A stretch of 64,000 bases of DNA from Candidatus Poribacteria bacterium (GCA_965116925.1 OZ220744.1:6208955-6272954), one strand, 5' to 3'; positions 10,058 through 19,585 are shown, counted from the first letter of the stretch. Numbers and translations: made by a program. The notes: generated by a model not told the origin, from the sequence alone.

Positions 10058-10864
10058 TCAAAATTGTCCTCGACGGAATCCGTAGCGGATCTCGCCCGTT
10101 AAAAACTGCTGTTGCTCCGGTGTGACTCGTTCAAGCAGATCTGCCGGCGGATCGTAGCGACGCCACGTTTGCATGAATGGTGGCGTGTATCCATAGACTA
10201 GTGAGTAACGCGGAGACGAACTGGCATTAAGTTGGGGCCCGGCATGGATCAGTGTTTCGCTCAAGATGAGGACATCCCCGGCTTGGGATTGCAGTTGCTT
10301 CGCTAAGGTCTTATCTATGAACTCGCGCAGCGTTTTCGTGGGGGTGTTCATCCGATGACTGCCCGGCACCACCCAAGTGCCCTCGCCCGGACCGTTGTCG
10401 GTTAGGTAAATGAAGGCTTTGCTAAACATGCAGTGATAATGTCCATCCGCCTCAAAACTGCCGAAATTCGGAGCAGTGCCACGGTGCCAACCTTCGTCCT
10501 TGACATGGGACACTTGGCTGGCGTTTCCGTTTCCCGCTTCGTTTGGATAGTTAATCAGATACTGATGCTCCTCAAGGCGCACGTCACCGCCGACTACATC
10601 CTGAATAATCGGAAGCAGGATCGGGTGCATCGCCGTTTCTAGCAGATGCGGATGATACCAAGCACACCGTGAGAGAACGGTAAGCGTCGGAGTTTTCGGA
10701 TAGCCATCGTGCTTATAGGTGCACCCGTCATCGGCGTCCATCTGGTCTGCCAGATCGATGAGACGCTGAGTTTCCTCCGGACTGAAGATCCCCTTGAGCA
10801 GCACGTAGCCGTTTACGTCGTAGAAATAGCGTTGTGCTGGCGTCAGTTTTGCGTTGGTTTCCAT
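10058..10864 (-). CDS. PhyH-family Fe(II)/2OG enzyme with HxG motif (halogenase-like)
   Basis: PhyH fold motifs (VVPGSH, LIHAG, PRYS); WHRG in place of WHxD. Confidence 0.8.
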   Translation of the reverse strand: METNAKLTPAQRYFYDVNGYVLLKGIFSPEETQRLIDLADQMDADDGCTYKHDGYPKTPTLTVLSRCAWYHPHLLETAMHPILLPIIQDVVGGDVRLEEHQYLINYPNEAGNGNASQVSHVKDEGWHRGTAPNFGSFEADGHYHCMFSKAFIYLTDNGPGEGTWVVPGSHRMNTPTKTLREFIDKTLAKQLQSQAGDVLILSETLIHAGPQLNASSSPRYSLVYGYTPPFMQTWRRYDPPADLLERVTPEQQQFLTGEIRYGFRRGQF

Positions 10865-10901
10865 TTCGATCTACCTCTCTTTAATTCGGTTAATCTCTCC
10901 C

Positions 10902-11825
10902 TTATTGGATTGGGGCTGCGTTTTCGGCGATATACCGCTCAACCTCATCTTGTTCCACGCAACCCACAAAGGTCCCTCCCGGACCGACATAGTAGAAATT
11001 CTCCGCGTACTCGAGCCCGTACTCCCGACCGATTTCTCTATACGCCTTTAAACCAAACAGTCTGATGTACGCGCGGTCTGCCATCTCATCATCGCCATCG
11101 AGTGCCGGTAGATGCAGTCCCTGTTTTGCGAGTCGCGCCTTGAGTTTGGATCCGCTTGAGCCTGCCGGTCCCTGCGATTTGTTGACACTCATGGAAGCCA
11201 CCTTCTCCCCCATATAATCGCTGATGTCCACTACCCGATTGTACGGCTGTCCCTCACGTGCAACCCAATAATACTGCTCTGTCACCGTATGAGGTGCGAT
11301 TCCGAGTGCCACCTGTTCGGGATAATCCTTGCCCATGCCAGCCATCCAGCGTGCAGCTTCGACCGCTTGTGCGGTTACATAGTGATCTGGGTTCTCCTCG
11401 TTGTGTCCCCAAGGGTTGAAGGTGAACACAGTGTCAACCTTCAGGGCACGAAAAAGGAAAACCAATCGCGCCCTCAATTCTAACGGTGACGCTTCATCGA
11501 GACGGTGGTTCCGGTATCCAAGATTGAAAACCCCCTTGAGTTCCAACACCTTCGCCAATTCGTCAACCTCACGTTCGTTGCTCAAGATAGTTTCACCGAT
11601 GCTTGAGGTCGGTCCGCACTTCTCATCGTTGGTGGTCTGGATGATATAGCCGGTGTAACCTTCTGCGATGAATTTGGCGATTGTACCGCCACAGAAGAGC
11701 GGGATGTCGTCCGCATGTGGTTGAACTGCGGCAAGCACCTTGCCCTTATGGGGTTGACCCGCTACGGGGCGTTCGATAATGACATTCCCGATTTCTGTTT
11801 CTTTATTCTCTGTGGCTGTGGACAT
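10902..11825 (-). CDS. PIG-L/LmbE family deacetylase
   Basis: PHADD and NPDH motifs; GAGGAG RBS before ATG 11825. Confidence 0.85.
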   Translation of the reverse strand: MSTATENKETEIGNVIIERPVAGQPHKGKVLAAVQPHADDIPLFCGGTIAKFIAEGYTGYIIQTTNDEKCGPTSSIGETILSNEREVDELAKVLELKGVFNLGYRNHRLDEASPLELRARLVFLFRALKVDTVFTFNPWGHNEENPDHYVTAQAVEAARWMAGMGKDYPEQVALGIAPHTVTEQYYWVAREGQPYNRVVDISDYMGEKVASMSVNKSQGPAGSSGSKLKARLAKQGLHLPALDGDDEMADRAYIRLFGLKAYREIGREYGLEYAENFYYVGPGGTFVGCVEQDEVERYIAENAAPIQ

Positions 11826-12072
11826 TGTTCTCTCCTCGATTGTGCCGTACAAGATCGGATAGAGGGTTTCTGAGATAGCACGAGATTTATTGATTATGGG
11901 GTAACATTATGATCTATTTTAACGCTAAACGCGGCTAGTATGGATACGTGATGTTCCTGAAGATTTTCTAATGTGGGAACGTACCGATTAGAAACGGTTC
12001 AGTTTTGTCCTCGCTGTCTGGAGTAGCCTTTGCTCCCTCCGTTGTAGAATATGTGTCAGGTGTTGAAGAGCG

Positions 12073-12936
12073 TTATGTATCCCTTAAATTTTTGTCGTAC
12101 CAAAATCTTTCAGGCTTCCATTTGTTGCCTATTAACTCAATCTCGATGCTGTCGTTTTCTGGTGGCCACTTCTTCAGTCTTAGAAACGGTACTGAAGGCA
12201 GAAGTTCAATTGGGAATTTGTACACAGGATCCGGGTGTAGGATACCAACTACGAATGCGTTAACAGGAGAAATACTAAGTAGCAGGATTGCTGAAATACT
12301 CCGTCTGCACGATTCCAATTTCCCATTTTTCAATCGAAAAAAGGTACACTTGTCCAGATCTATTACCAATCTACCACTCGGAATTGCAATTCGCGTTCCG
12401 CCTGTCAGTAAATTTTCTCCACCTTCCATGCCTAAAAGACCGAGAGCTTCGGCATGTTCACTGGTTATTACCAGAATTCTAGGACAGTTATATCTAGACA
12501 TCTGGAATGCTTTTTGGGATGCCTTAGCACGTAATAGGTTGGTTATCATGCTGTAATGATAACCAAAACTAGTTTCGGGGAGCTCATTTGGTACGCCCGA
12601 TTTACAAGTGACAGATTCTGGATCAAGACCGGTGACTTCAGTTACAAATTCAGCTTTACCTGTTTTACACCGAAAATCTACACCACCTTTACCTACATCT
12701 TCCTCCACCTGAACATCAAGGTGATTTGCTTCAAAAAAAGAGTATACGACTGCTTCAGCCCGTGCACTTTCGGGTTGATCTCGCAAACGCCTGCAGAAAG
12801 ATCTAACATGGTTAGGATAGTTGACCTCTAAAAAATTTTTATAGTTGTCAACCAAAGTTGGAACTTTTGTTTTAGCTGAAAAAAGTTTACAGATATCAAT
12901 TATGTCTTTATCAGCTATGTCTTCTGCTGAAAACAT
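12073..12936 (-). CDS. Hypothetical protein with PD-(D/E)XK nuclease-like motif
   Basis: E..(AEAVV)..GGVDFRC..EFVTEVT pattern. GGAGG RBS 8 nt before ATG 12936, coupled to the upstream stop at 12939. Confidence 0.55.
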   Translation of the reverse strand: MFSAEDIADKDIIDICKLFSAKTKVPTLVDNYKNFLEVNYPNHVRSFCRRLRDQPESARAEAVVYSFFEANHLDVQVEEDVGKGGVDFRCKTGKAEFVTEVTGLDPESVTCKSGVPNELPETSFGYHYSMITNLLRAKASQKAFQMSRYNCPRILVITSEHAEALGLLGMEGGENLLTGGTRIAIPSGRLVIDLDKCTFFRLKNGKLESCRRSISAILLLSISPVNAFVVGILHPDPVYKFPIELLPSVPFLRLKKWPPENDSIEIELIGNKWKPERFWYDKNLRDT

Positions 12937-12938
12937 GA

Positions 12939-13790
12939 TCATTTCCTCCGACGAACAGAATTTACAAACTCTGTGAGAGATTTTGCAATAACGATGATTA
13001 TTAGAGTAGGTATCGCTGCCATTAAAATAAAAGGGATTAAACCAACACATGGGATACCTAAGAAAAGGAGACTCACAACTACGACCGATAGTTGATCAGT
13101 CATCATAGATATAGTGCAAACAATCGCGTAGGTCGCATAGAGAGCAATAAACTGTTTTCCGTAGGTTTTCTTTCTACCAGTCCCGGATCTGGTGGGTTCT
13201 GTCGGGTAGTTTGTTGCTATATAATGGAATGCCAAGTAATGGAATGCGTAGTAGAATCCAAGTGAATTTATTGAAAAACCAATAAGGGCAAAGGGAAAGG
13301 TAAGATAGAGAGGATCGCTACCCTTTCTTAGGATGATTGTTCCATCGGACCAATCGACCATGGCTAATGAGGTTAGGACTAAGTTTATTGGAAAAAGTGC
13401 TATGCAAAAGTTGCGAATATTTTTCCGTTCTGCCTTTTTCTTGGCTTTTTGTGCGGCTTCTTCCTGTGCACGGCGATGGGTTTCTTCAGCGTATTTCCGT
13501 TGAGCTTCAGCTTCTGCGTGTCTGCGAGCAGATTCTTCCTCGGCACGTTTTCGGGCAGCTTCCGCTTCAGCCTGTTTTTGTCGTGTTGTGGCCTCTGTCT
13601 GTTGATACACATCATTATTCAAGATAAACTCGTAGGCATCGTGAATTATCCGAAACATCGCTGTAGCGTTTGGGGCGGAATTTTTATCCGGATGGTAAAT
13701 TCTTGCTAGCTTGCGATAAGCATTCCTAGCCTCATCCAGCGACGCATCCGAATCTAACCCTAATATTTCAAGTGCCTCTCTGCGTGTCAT
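12939..13790 (-). CDS. J-domain (DnaJ) membrane protein
   Basis: N-terminal J-domain with intact HPD, charged helical linker, about 4 hydrophobic segments. Confidence 0.85.
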   Translation of the reverse strand: MTRREALEILGLDSDASLDEARNAYRKLARIYHPDKNSAPNATAMFRIIHDAYEFILNNDVYQQTEATTRQKQAEAEAARKRAEEESARRHAEAEAQRKYAEETHRRAQEEAAQKAKKKAERKNIRNFCIALFPINLVLTSLAMVDWSDGTIILRKGSDPLYLTFPFALIGFSINSLGFYYAFHYLAFHYIATNYPTEPTRSGTGRKKTYGKQFIALYATYAIVCTISMMTDQLSVVVVSLLFLGIPCVGLIPFILMAAIPTLIIIVIAKSLTEFVNSVRRRK

Positions 13791-13851
13791 GTTGGAGTTC
13801 TCCGTTGGTTATGCTGTATCACATAACCCGAGGTTCCACCGTACGGACTGG

Positions 13852-13947
13852 CTGTAGTTGCCCGATTTATCGGGCGTTGAAAACGGTGCCTTACGGCGAT
13901 AAATCGCCGAACTACAGGGCTTTGAAAGCTTAACTGCGTAAACCCTA
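13852..13947. repeat. Inverted REP doublet plus conserved 3' end
   Basis: CTGTAGTTGCCCGATTTATCGGGC...GGCGATAAATCGCCGAACTACAG; the last 33 nt match 22456-22488 at 25/33. Confidence 0.7.
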
Positions 13948-14049
13948 TAGTTATAGATATTCGGTAATTCCTGTTTGAAAATCCATGGGAATTCTTTTGT
14001 AAGGTTAAGAGGTCTTATTATGATTGAAAATGAACACGAACTAAAAATA

Positions 14050-14168
14050 TCGCAGCTCGGTTGGTTTCGCCGATTGACTTTGGACTATGAACGCTCCGCT
14101 GAGACCGCTGAGGCTATGGTGTACATTGCTTCCAAAACCGTATCAAATGACTTTTAAAACAGGTTCTA
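14050..14168 (+). pseudogene. IS5-family transposase C-terminal remnant with probable right IR
   Basis: LGWFRRLTLDYERSAETAEAMVYIA matches the IS5-type W..RRL..DYE..E..EAM.Y.A tail; followed by TTTTAAAACAGGTTCT. Confidence 0.65.
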
Positions 14169-14480
14169 GGTAAAAGGGGACGCCCCTTCAGGGTAAGCAG
14201 ATGTAAATCGAAGATCTACCAAGTTGCTTTGAATCCCGATCGCAACATCGGAGGAACCCCTTCTTCCACGATATAGAAAGACTTTCTCTACCTCCACGAA
14301 AAAAAGAAAGAGAGAAAAACAACGGTTACACACCTTTGTCTTTGCTCGTTTTCTCACTTTCTCAACTGCATGCTTACTGCTTTTACGCTTACTCTTGTTA
14401 CTCTGCTAGGTGGCGGAGCATACGGATACATTCATCAACCATCCGCTCACCGGTACCTTCCTCCGCGTAACTGTGTAGTC

Positions 14481-15689
14481 CTATCCAAGTTGATAGCCGC
14501 CGAGTGTGTGTGCCTCCCGATCGGGTAGGTAGCCCATCCAGTCATTGGCGAGTGAGACGACGTAAGTGTGCTTAAAAGGTGAGCGTTCCTTGAGTTCGAC
14601 ACCTAAGCCTGTGAATAGCTCGCCCGGCACACCGACAATGGCGACTTCACCGATAACCATCGCTATGAGTGTGGTTTCACGCAGCTGTCCTTGTTGGGGT
14701 GCAAGTACTTGACGCATGTTTCGGAAGACATTGATAGTGCCGTCTGCGCCGTCCGGCACACGCTTACGGCAGTAGGAGGACACCTTTTCGTCCTCCACAG
14801 TTTCGTCAAACGTCCGAACTTTGAAGGTAAAGGGACGTTGGAGAGACGCCAATTTATCAACGGGCATCGGCTTTGCCTGCTCCATAGCGTCAGAGATCGT
14901 CCCTTTGAGCCGCTTAACCGCTTCGGGAGGTGGCACCTCGGTGACGTTGTGCGTCGAGCCGAACGCGCCCGGCAGAAAACACACGCTCCCACCTAACTCA
15001 GCTTCCAATTCCTGCGCTGTCAAACCGTAGAAACTGGATGAGCGGACATCCCCGTTGCAGGTGCCAATCGTGTGGGTGGAATGGTTGTACATCAACGCCT
15101 GAAGTTGATCATCAGCGTCGCGAAAAGTGAAAATCGGCAGTTGTGGATCAAAAGGGCCAGTAGGTCGCACCGCGTCTGTACGCGGTCCCACCCACCAGAT
15201 TGTGCCGTCGGCAAGCAACAAACGGCTGTTCCCACCGATGGTATTTTCTTCGCCCTGATGAAAATAGAAATGGGATTCTTCGTCCCCTAAGTTCCCATCT
15301 GCTTCTTGCACCGCCCGGATAATTCCTTCGCGTAGACGTTGGCAAAACATTTCGTCGCGACCATAGCCGTGCACGACGATGGTACTCGGTGCGTGATGGG
15401 TGTGCGTGGCACTGATCAGGATGTTGGCTGGCAAAATGCCGGTGGTCTTTTCAATTTCAGCAAGAGCTACCTGAACGTCCTCACGAGTTACAACGATAAC
15501 ATCACAAACGACAATGGCAAGTTTGGGGGCCGGCGGCTTTTCAATCACAATGGCGACTGCCCTCAGTTCACCTTCTTGGCCCTTGACATACTTCGGCAGG
15601 ATGCTGCCGGCCACGACCATTGAATCATCAGCCTGAAGGTTCACACTGCCCGTGCCCACACGCAATCTAGCAACCGTCGGTGATTCCAT
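14481..15689 (-). CDS. Neutral/alkaline ceramidase-like amidohydrolase; C-terminus frameshifted
   Basis: ISATHTHHAP, NHSTH, GVPGELF and SLANDWMGYLP..GGYQ motifs. The natural tail continues in another frame to 14398. Confidence 0.75.
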   Translation of the reverse strand: MESPTVARLRVGTGSVNLQADDSMVVAGSILPKYVKGQEGELRAVAIVIEKPPAPKLAIVVCDVIVVTREDVQVALAEIEKTTGILPANILISATHTHHAPSTIVVHGYGRDEMFCQRLREGIIRAVQEADGNLGDEESHFYFHQGEENTIGGNSRLLLADGTIWWVGPRTDAVRPTGPFDPQLPIFTFRDADDQLQALMYNHSTHTIGTCNGDVRSSSFYGLTAQELEAELGGSVCFLPGAFGSTHNVTEVPPPEAVKRLKGTISDAMEQAKPMPVDKLASLQRPFTFKVRTFDETVEDEKVSSYCRKRVPDGADGTINVFRNMRQVLAPQQGQLRETTLIAMVIGEVAIVGVPGELFTGLGVELKERSPFKHTYVVSLANDWMGYLPDREAHTLGGYQLG

Positions 15690-15721
15690 CGGGGTGCCTC
15701 CAAGAGTTGTTGGTTAAGGTG

Positions 15722-17332
15722 TTAATAGTCAATCGGTTCTCGCCCAAAGTGGCGGTGGAGGCGATATCGGATGTCGCAATCGACATCGTAAACCTCAAAG
15801 GGATTTTGGATATTCGGATCTCGCTTCGTCAGCGTGATGTGCACCGTGTTATGTCCCGGCTTTGGGTAATATGCAGGGGGCAGTTGGTATTTGTACACCT
15901 GTCCATAGGGTCCTACGGCCCCGGTACTTATCAGACGGTAGTTCAGATCTTCTATATCCAGAATCGAATCCGGTAAGGGTTGACCGTTAAGTTCAATTCG
16001 GACCTCGTTCAGGGAGGGCTCAATCCCTATTATCCGTATTCGTAGTTGAACCGATTCAACCCTTCCTAGTGCACCCCATTTTCCCAACTCATCGCTTATC
16101 CGCAGTCGGACCTCGACCGGCTCTCCCTCAACCAATGTCTGTGGGAGAGAAGGTGCTACACCGGGTGCCCAACCTACACCTTTGGTCACGCCCTGTGTCT
16201 CGGAGCGGACACGGTAGAGTTTATCGGTTGTCGCTAACATTTCGGGGTGACCTAGCAGTCGCAGGGTCTGATACTCATCGTGCGTCCAGGGCCAACCGTT
16301 AGGCGTCCAATGGGCGTCCCCTATCCCGAAACCGTCCGCGCCTTGGACATACGCATTCGCAGCGGCAGCCCAGATCATCGGCGGGGTGGCATACTGTTTC
16401 AGTTGCCTGCCGAGCACATTTTGGAAGGAAGCAAGCACCCGGCACTGAGTCCCACTAACCAGAGCCACTGCACCTGAGAGATCGGGATCTTGATCCACAG
16501 GTCCCTGCGTGAGCCCGGGTTGACAGATAAGACCATCTACCAATCCCTCCGACACCCAAAGCGGAACATCGTACCCAAGGGCACGCCAAGCGTCTGGATG
16601 CGCGGGGATACGGACATAAATGCGTTTACGACGTCCCTGATCCGCTTCGGTGTTCCGAGCAACTGCACGTAAATCGCGTATCCATTGGGTCATAATCGGC
16701 GTGAGTTCTTCGACCTCATCGAACCTGCAAAACGGAACGAAATCGGTCATGTTCAGTTCGATCCCATCGGTTTGGTAGCGGGTGAGTAGTTCTTCGGAGA
16801 CCTGAAAGCGTTCCTCACGCACCTCCGGATGCAGAAAACTGAACCGTGTTGCGTCCGATGCCCGCGGGTCATCCTCCTCACCCACCTGAAACTCTGGATG
16901 CTCGTACACAAAGTCGGACTTACGACCCAATCCACCATCGGTTGCTCTATCACCTCCAGAGAGAGTGACCGGGTTGCTGGGAATGAACCAGATCCCTTTT
17001 TCATGGCAGCGATCGCAGAGCAGTTTCAGCGGGTCGTAGCCATCGGCGATCAGTTGATGGATGTTTCGTCCCGCTCGATACCAGACCGTATGCGTCCATT
17101 TGACGACGTTATCGCCCCACTTCTGTGCGACGCGGCTGTCATACATGGTCACGCCTCCCTCAAGCACGGCGAAGTATATCAGGGTATCTACACCGCTGTC
17201 TGCGAGTTGATCTACGTTGAAGGTGAAGTCTGATGGTTCGAGGGGTGGTTCAAATTGATAGAGGCTCGCAGCGTGCCGTCCGTCATCGAACATGAAGACG
17301 CGGGGTTCGTCCAAGGAGTGTCTACGCTTCAT
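15722..17332 (-). CDS. Uncharacterised TIM-barrel protein, glycosyl-hydrolase-like (GHL10/DUF187-like)
   Basis: Pattern of F..PEVRE.R...EELL.RY..DGIEL plus a C-terminal beta-domain. Confidence 0.55.
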   Translation of the reverse strand: MKRRHSLDEPRVFMFDDGRHAASLYQFEPPLEPSDFTFNVDQLADSGVDTLIYFAVLEGGVTMYDSRVAQKWGDNVVKWTHTVWYRAGRNIHQLIADGYDPLKLLCDRCHEKGIWFIPSNPVTLSGGDRATDGGLGRKSDFVYEHPEFQVGEEDDPRASDATRFSFLHPEVREERFQVSEELLTRYQTDGIELNMTDFVPFCRFDEVEELTPIMTQWIRDLRAVARNTEADQGRRKRIYVRIPAHPDAWRALGYDVPLWVSEGLVDGLICQPGLTQGPVDQDPDLSGAVALVSGTQCRVLASFQNVLGRQLKQYATPPMIWAAAANAYVQGADGFGIGDAHWTPNGWPWTHDEYQTLRLLGHPEMLATTDKLYRVRSETQGVTKGVGWAPGVAPSLPQTLVEGEPVEVRLRISDELGKWGALGRVESVQLRIRIIGIEPSLNEVRIELNGQPLPDSILDIEDLNYRLISTGAVGPYGQVYKYQLPPAYYPKPGHNTVHITLTKRDPNIQNPFEVYDVDCDIRYRLHRHFGREPIDY

Positions 17333-17366
17333 AGCGGTTTGCCTTTCCGGTAGAAGGATTCAAGAT

Positions 17367-18143
17367 TCACGCGGATGGAGGATCAAAGGCTGCCAAGTAA
17401 GTTCGCGTTGTCTTGTTGAGGTTGCCGTAAAACGCTCGTACTTCTGGATCAGGATCGTGACGCGAGAATCGAGGGGGTATTACAGAGCAGTCGCTCAAGT
17501 ACGGGCGAGAACGGTGCCCGTAATAGGCTTGAACCGTTTTCCGTTCTCGTTGTGTGACGCGAACCGTTGCCGTATGCGGAACAGCGATGTTGAAAAGGGC
17601 GACAGTGCCTGCGGGTCCGTGAAGATCAACCGTGCCGTTACGCTCGACATTCTCTGCGACCTCCAAGATCGGCTCATCCACGGATTCGGGCGAAATAGAA
17701 AAGCAGTGTGTCCCCTCATCGACATCGGTGAGGTAAACCATTAGTTGTATGTAGTCCATCCGAAGCGGATGCTCCTCCCAATGCGGCTTGTCACGATGGA
17801 AGCCTTGGTGAGGATCGCCATTATAAGCTCCCATGTGGCGCAGACAGATTTCGCCGAAGCAGACGGGACCGCCCATGAAAAATTCAATCGCCGGCAAAAT
17901 CTTGGGATGGCGGAGGAGTTGGTCAAATTCCGGCGAGGTGACTAACGCATTGCAGTTTCGCGTCTGGTTGGCAAAAGGATGCCAGCAATTCGGATGGCCA
18001 AACTCCTTACGATCGCGGTCGTAAATTTCACGGAAGTATATTACTTCATCGGAGGTGAGGGGATCCTTGAGAATAACATAACCGTTCTCCCGGAAATGTG
18101 GAAGGAGCCCTTGGAAGTCATCTGTCGTTTGGGTGTTGGTCAT
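17367..18143 (-). CDS. PhyH-family Fe(II)/2OG oxygenase
   Basis: FHRD...PHTA triad. Start at ATG 18143 (MTNTQTT); the longer ORF runs into the MITE. Confidence 0.85.
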   Translation of the reverse strand: MTNTQTTDDFQGLLPHFRENGYVILKDPLTSDEVIYFREIYDRDRKEFGHPNCWHPFANQTRNCNALVTSPEFDQLLRHPKILPAIEFFMGGPVCFGEICLRHMGAYNGDPHQGFHRDKPHWEEHPLRMDYIQLMVYLTDVDEGTHCFSISPESVDEPILEVAENVERNGTVDLHGPAGTVALFNIAVPHTATVRVTQRERKTVQAYYGHRSRPYLSDCSVIPPRFSRHDPDPEVRAFYGNLNKTTRTYLAAFDPPSA

Positions 18144-18209
18144 TCGTCTTTTCTCTCTAAAAATGTGTGTGAAGAGCTGTCTTTTGCAAATTATGGTGGA
18201 TTTTAGAAT

Positions 18210-18314
18210 TACAGTAGATTTTAGAATTAATGAGACACTCCAAATCGGCGCAGTTGGAAACAGCACCTACCAGATGAGGAGCAAAAGTGTCTGTTTATTT
18301 TTTTATTCACTATA
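18210..18314 (+). mobile_element. 108-bp-family MITE, copy B (diverged, 105 bp)
   Basis: TACAGTAGATTTTAGAATTAATG...TTCACTATA, preceded by a second degenerate left end at 18192-18209. Confidence 0.8.
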
Positions 18315-18362
18315 ATTGGACACTATGAACGAGCCCTGATAGATTGGGGTTCGTGGAGTTAC

Positions 18363-18382
18363 GGCACACGGAGTGTGCCTAC
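18363..18382 (-). repeat. GTAG-type REP
   Basis: Minus strand reads GTAGGCACACTCCGTGTGCC (GTAG plus hairpin). Confidence 0.65.
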
Positions 18383-18421
18383 TACTATTAATGTCTACTT
18401 ATTTTTTTAGTTCACTATAAA

Positions 18422-19510
18422 TCACTCGTGCATCATTACCTGTGCAGGGTTGATCGCACCGTACTTGCCTTTGTTTGCGGTTATCTCGAAGGCTTTGGGG
18501 ACAGATTCGATGCCGGATAAAACGTGCTTGATGGTCGGTTTCAACCGAATCCGTCCGGAGGCGACCAACCGCACCGTATGTTCTAGGTGTGCTAAGGTGC
18601 TGATATCTGGGAACAGACATCGGAGGCTCCGTTCCCGTAGTGAGTCTACATCAAGCTCCATCGGATGACCGAACCACGAAACGATGTTTAATTTCCCGCC
18701 CGATCGGACGGCTGCGATGGCTTGTGTAAGTGTTTTCGTTCCCGACAAACCCTGCTTGGGGCTGCCACCCGCGCATTCAAAAACAACATCGGCACCGTTG
18801 CCGTCCGTCAACCCCTGAATCACCTCAATTGGATTATCCTGACTCGCATTGATGCTGTGGTCAGCACCCAACTCCACAGAGACTTGGCACGCTTCTTCTC
18901 GGACATCTACGGTGATCAACCGTCCTGCGCCGCTCGCACGAGCGACCTGCATACATTCAAGTCCCATACTGCCCTGACCGAAGATGGCGACGGTGTCCCC
19001 AATACCTATCTCTGCTGTATCCACCGCGGCGAGGCTGTCGGAGAGCGACTGTAGACATGCCGCCTCGCTGTCAGAGATTCGGTCGTCCACTTTTGTCAAA
19101 GCGATTTCGGGCAGGAGGGCGAATTCGGAGAAGCAACCGGGTAACTGAAAGCCGATAATCGGACCGCGCCGGCAGCCGTTCCCGCGTTCTGATAGACAAA
19201 GGGAGCATTCGCCACAGGGCAACTTGGCGCGGGCTGCCACACGGTCTCCGGGTTGGAATTGGGAGTCTTCGTCGGATTCCACGATTCGGGCGCAGAACTC
19301 GTGCCCGAATAACCGTATCGGTGCCTCGGTCTCCAATCGATGTTTAATCTGCTCGTAGGCGAGGGTTGGGATACCGTAAGCCAGTTGTGCTTCGGTGACG
19401 GAGGGTTGCACACAGAGAATCTCTGCGATTACATACCCCTCACGCCGAACTGGGGCGGGGACCTCGTCCAGTCGCATATCGTTAAATCCGTAAAAACGCC
19501 ACGCTTTCAT
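18422..19510 (-). CDS. Zn-binding medium-chain dehydrogenase (MDR family)
   Basis: GHE motif, CGECSLC...C structural Zn site, GQGSMG NAD-binding motif. Confidence 0.88.
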   Translation of the reverse strand: MKAWRFYGFNDMRLDEVPAPVRREGYVIAEILCVQPSVTEAQLAYGIPTLAYEQIKHRLETEAPIRLFGHEFCARIVESDEDSQFQPGDRVAARAKLPCGECSLCLSERGNGCRRGPIIGFQLPGCFSEFALLPEIALTKVDDRISDSEAACLQSLSDSLAAVDTAEIGIGDTVAIFGQGSMGLECMQVARASGAGRLITVDVREEACQVSVELGADHSINASQDNPIEVIQGLTDGNGADVVFECAGGSPKQGLSGTKTLTQAIAAVRSGGKLNIVSWFGHPMELDVDSLRERSLRCLFPDISTLAHLEHTVRLVASGRIRLKPTIKHVLSGIESVPKAFEITANKGKYGAINPAQVMMHE

Positions 19511-19533
19511 CTGAGATTTCTCCGATCATATTA

Positions 19534-19561
19534 AACGTGATGCGTGAAACGTAAAACGTGA
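19534..19561 (-). repeat. Heptamer array
   Basis: Minus strand reads TCACGTT TTACGTT TCACGCA TCACGTT. Confidence 0.7.
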
Positions 19562-19585
19562 AAAACAATTTGTTCGTGGGTTTAC

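Noticed and set aside
12005-12556. 183-aa plus-strand ORF and other long antisense ORFs (e.g. 51571-52368, 26191-26715, 32289-32819)
   Set aside because: Shadows of well-supported genes on the opposite strand, with no motifs or RBS.
14166-14357. 63-aa minus-strand ORF
   Set aside because: Low-complexity start, no RBS or motif; lies in degraded intergenic DNA after the IS scar.
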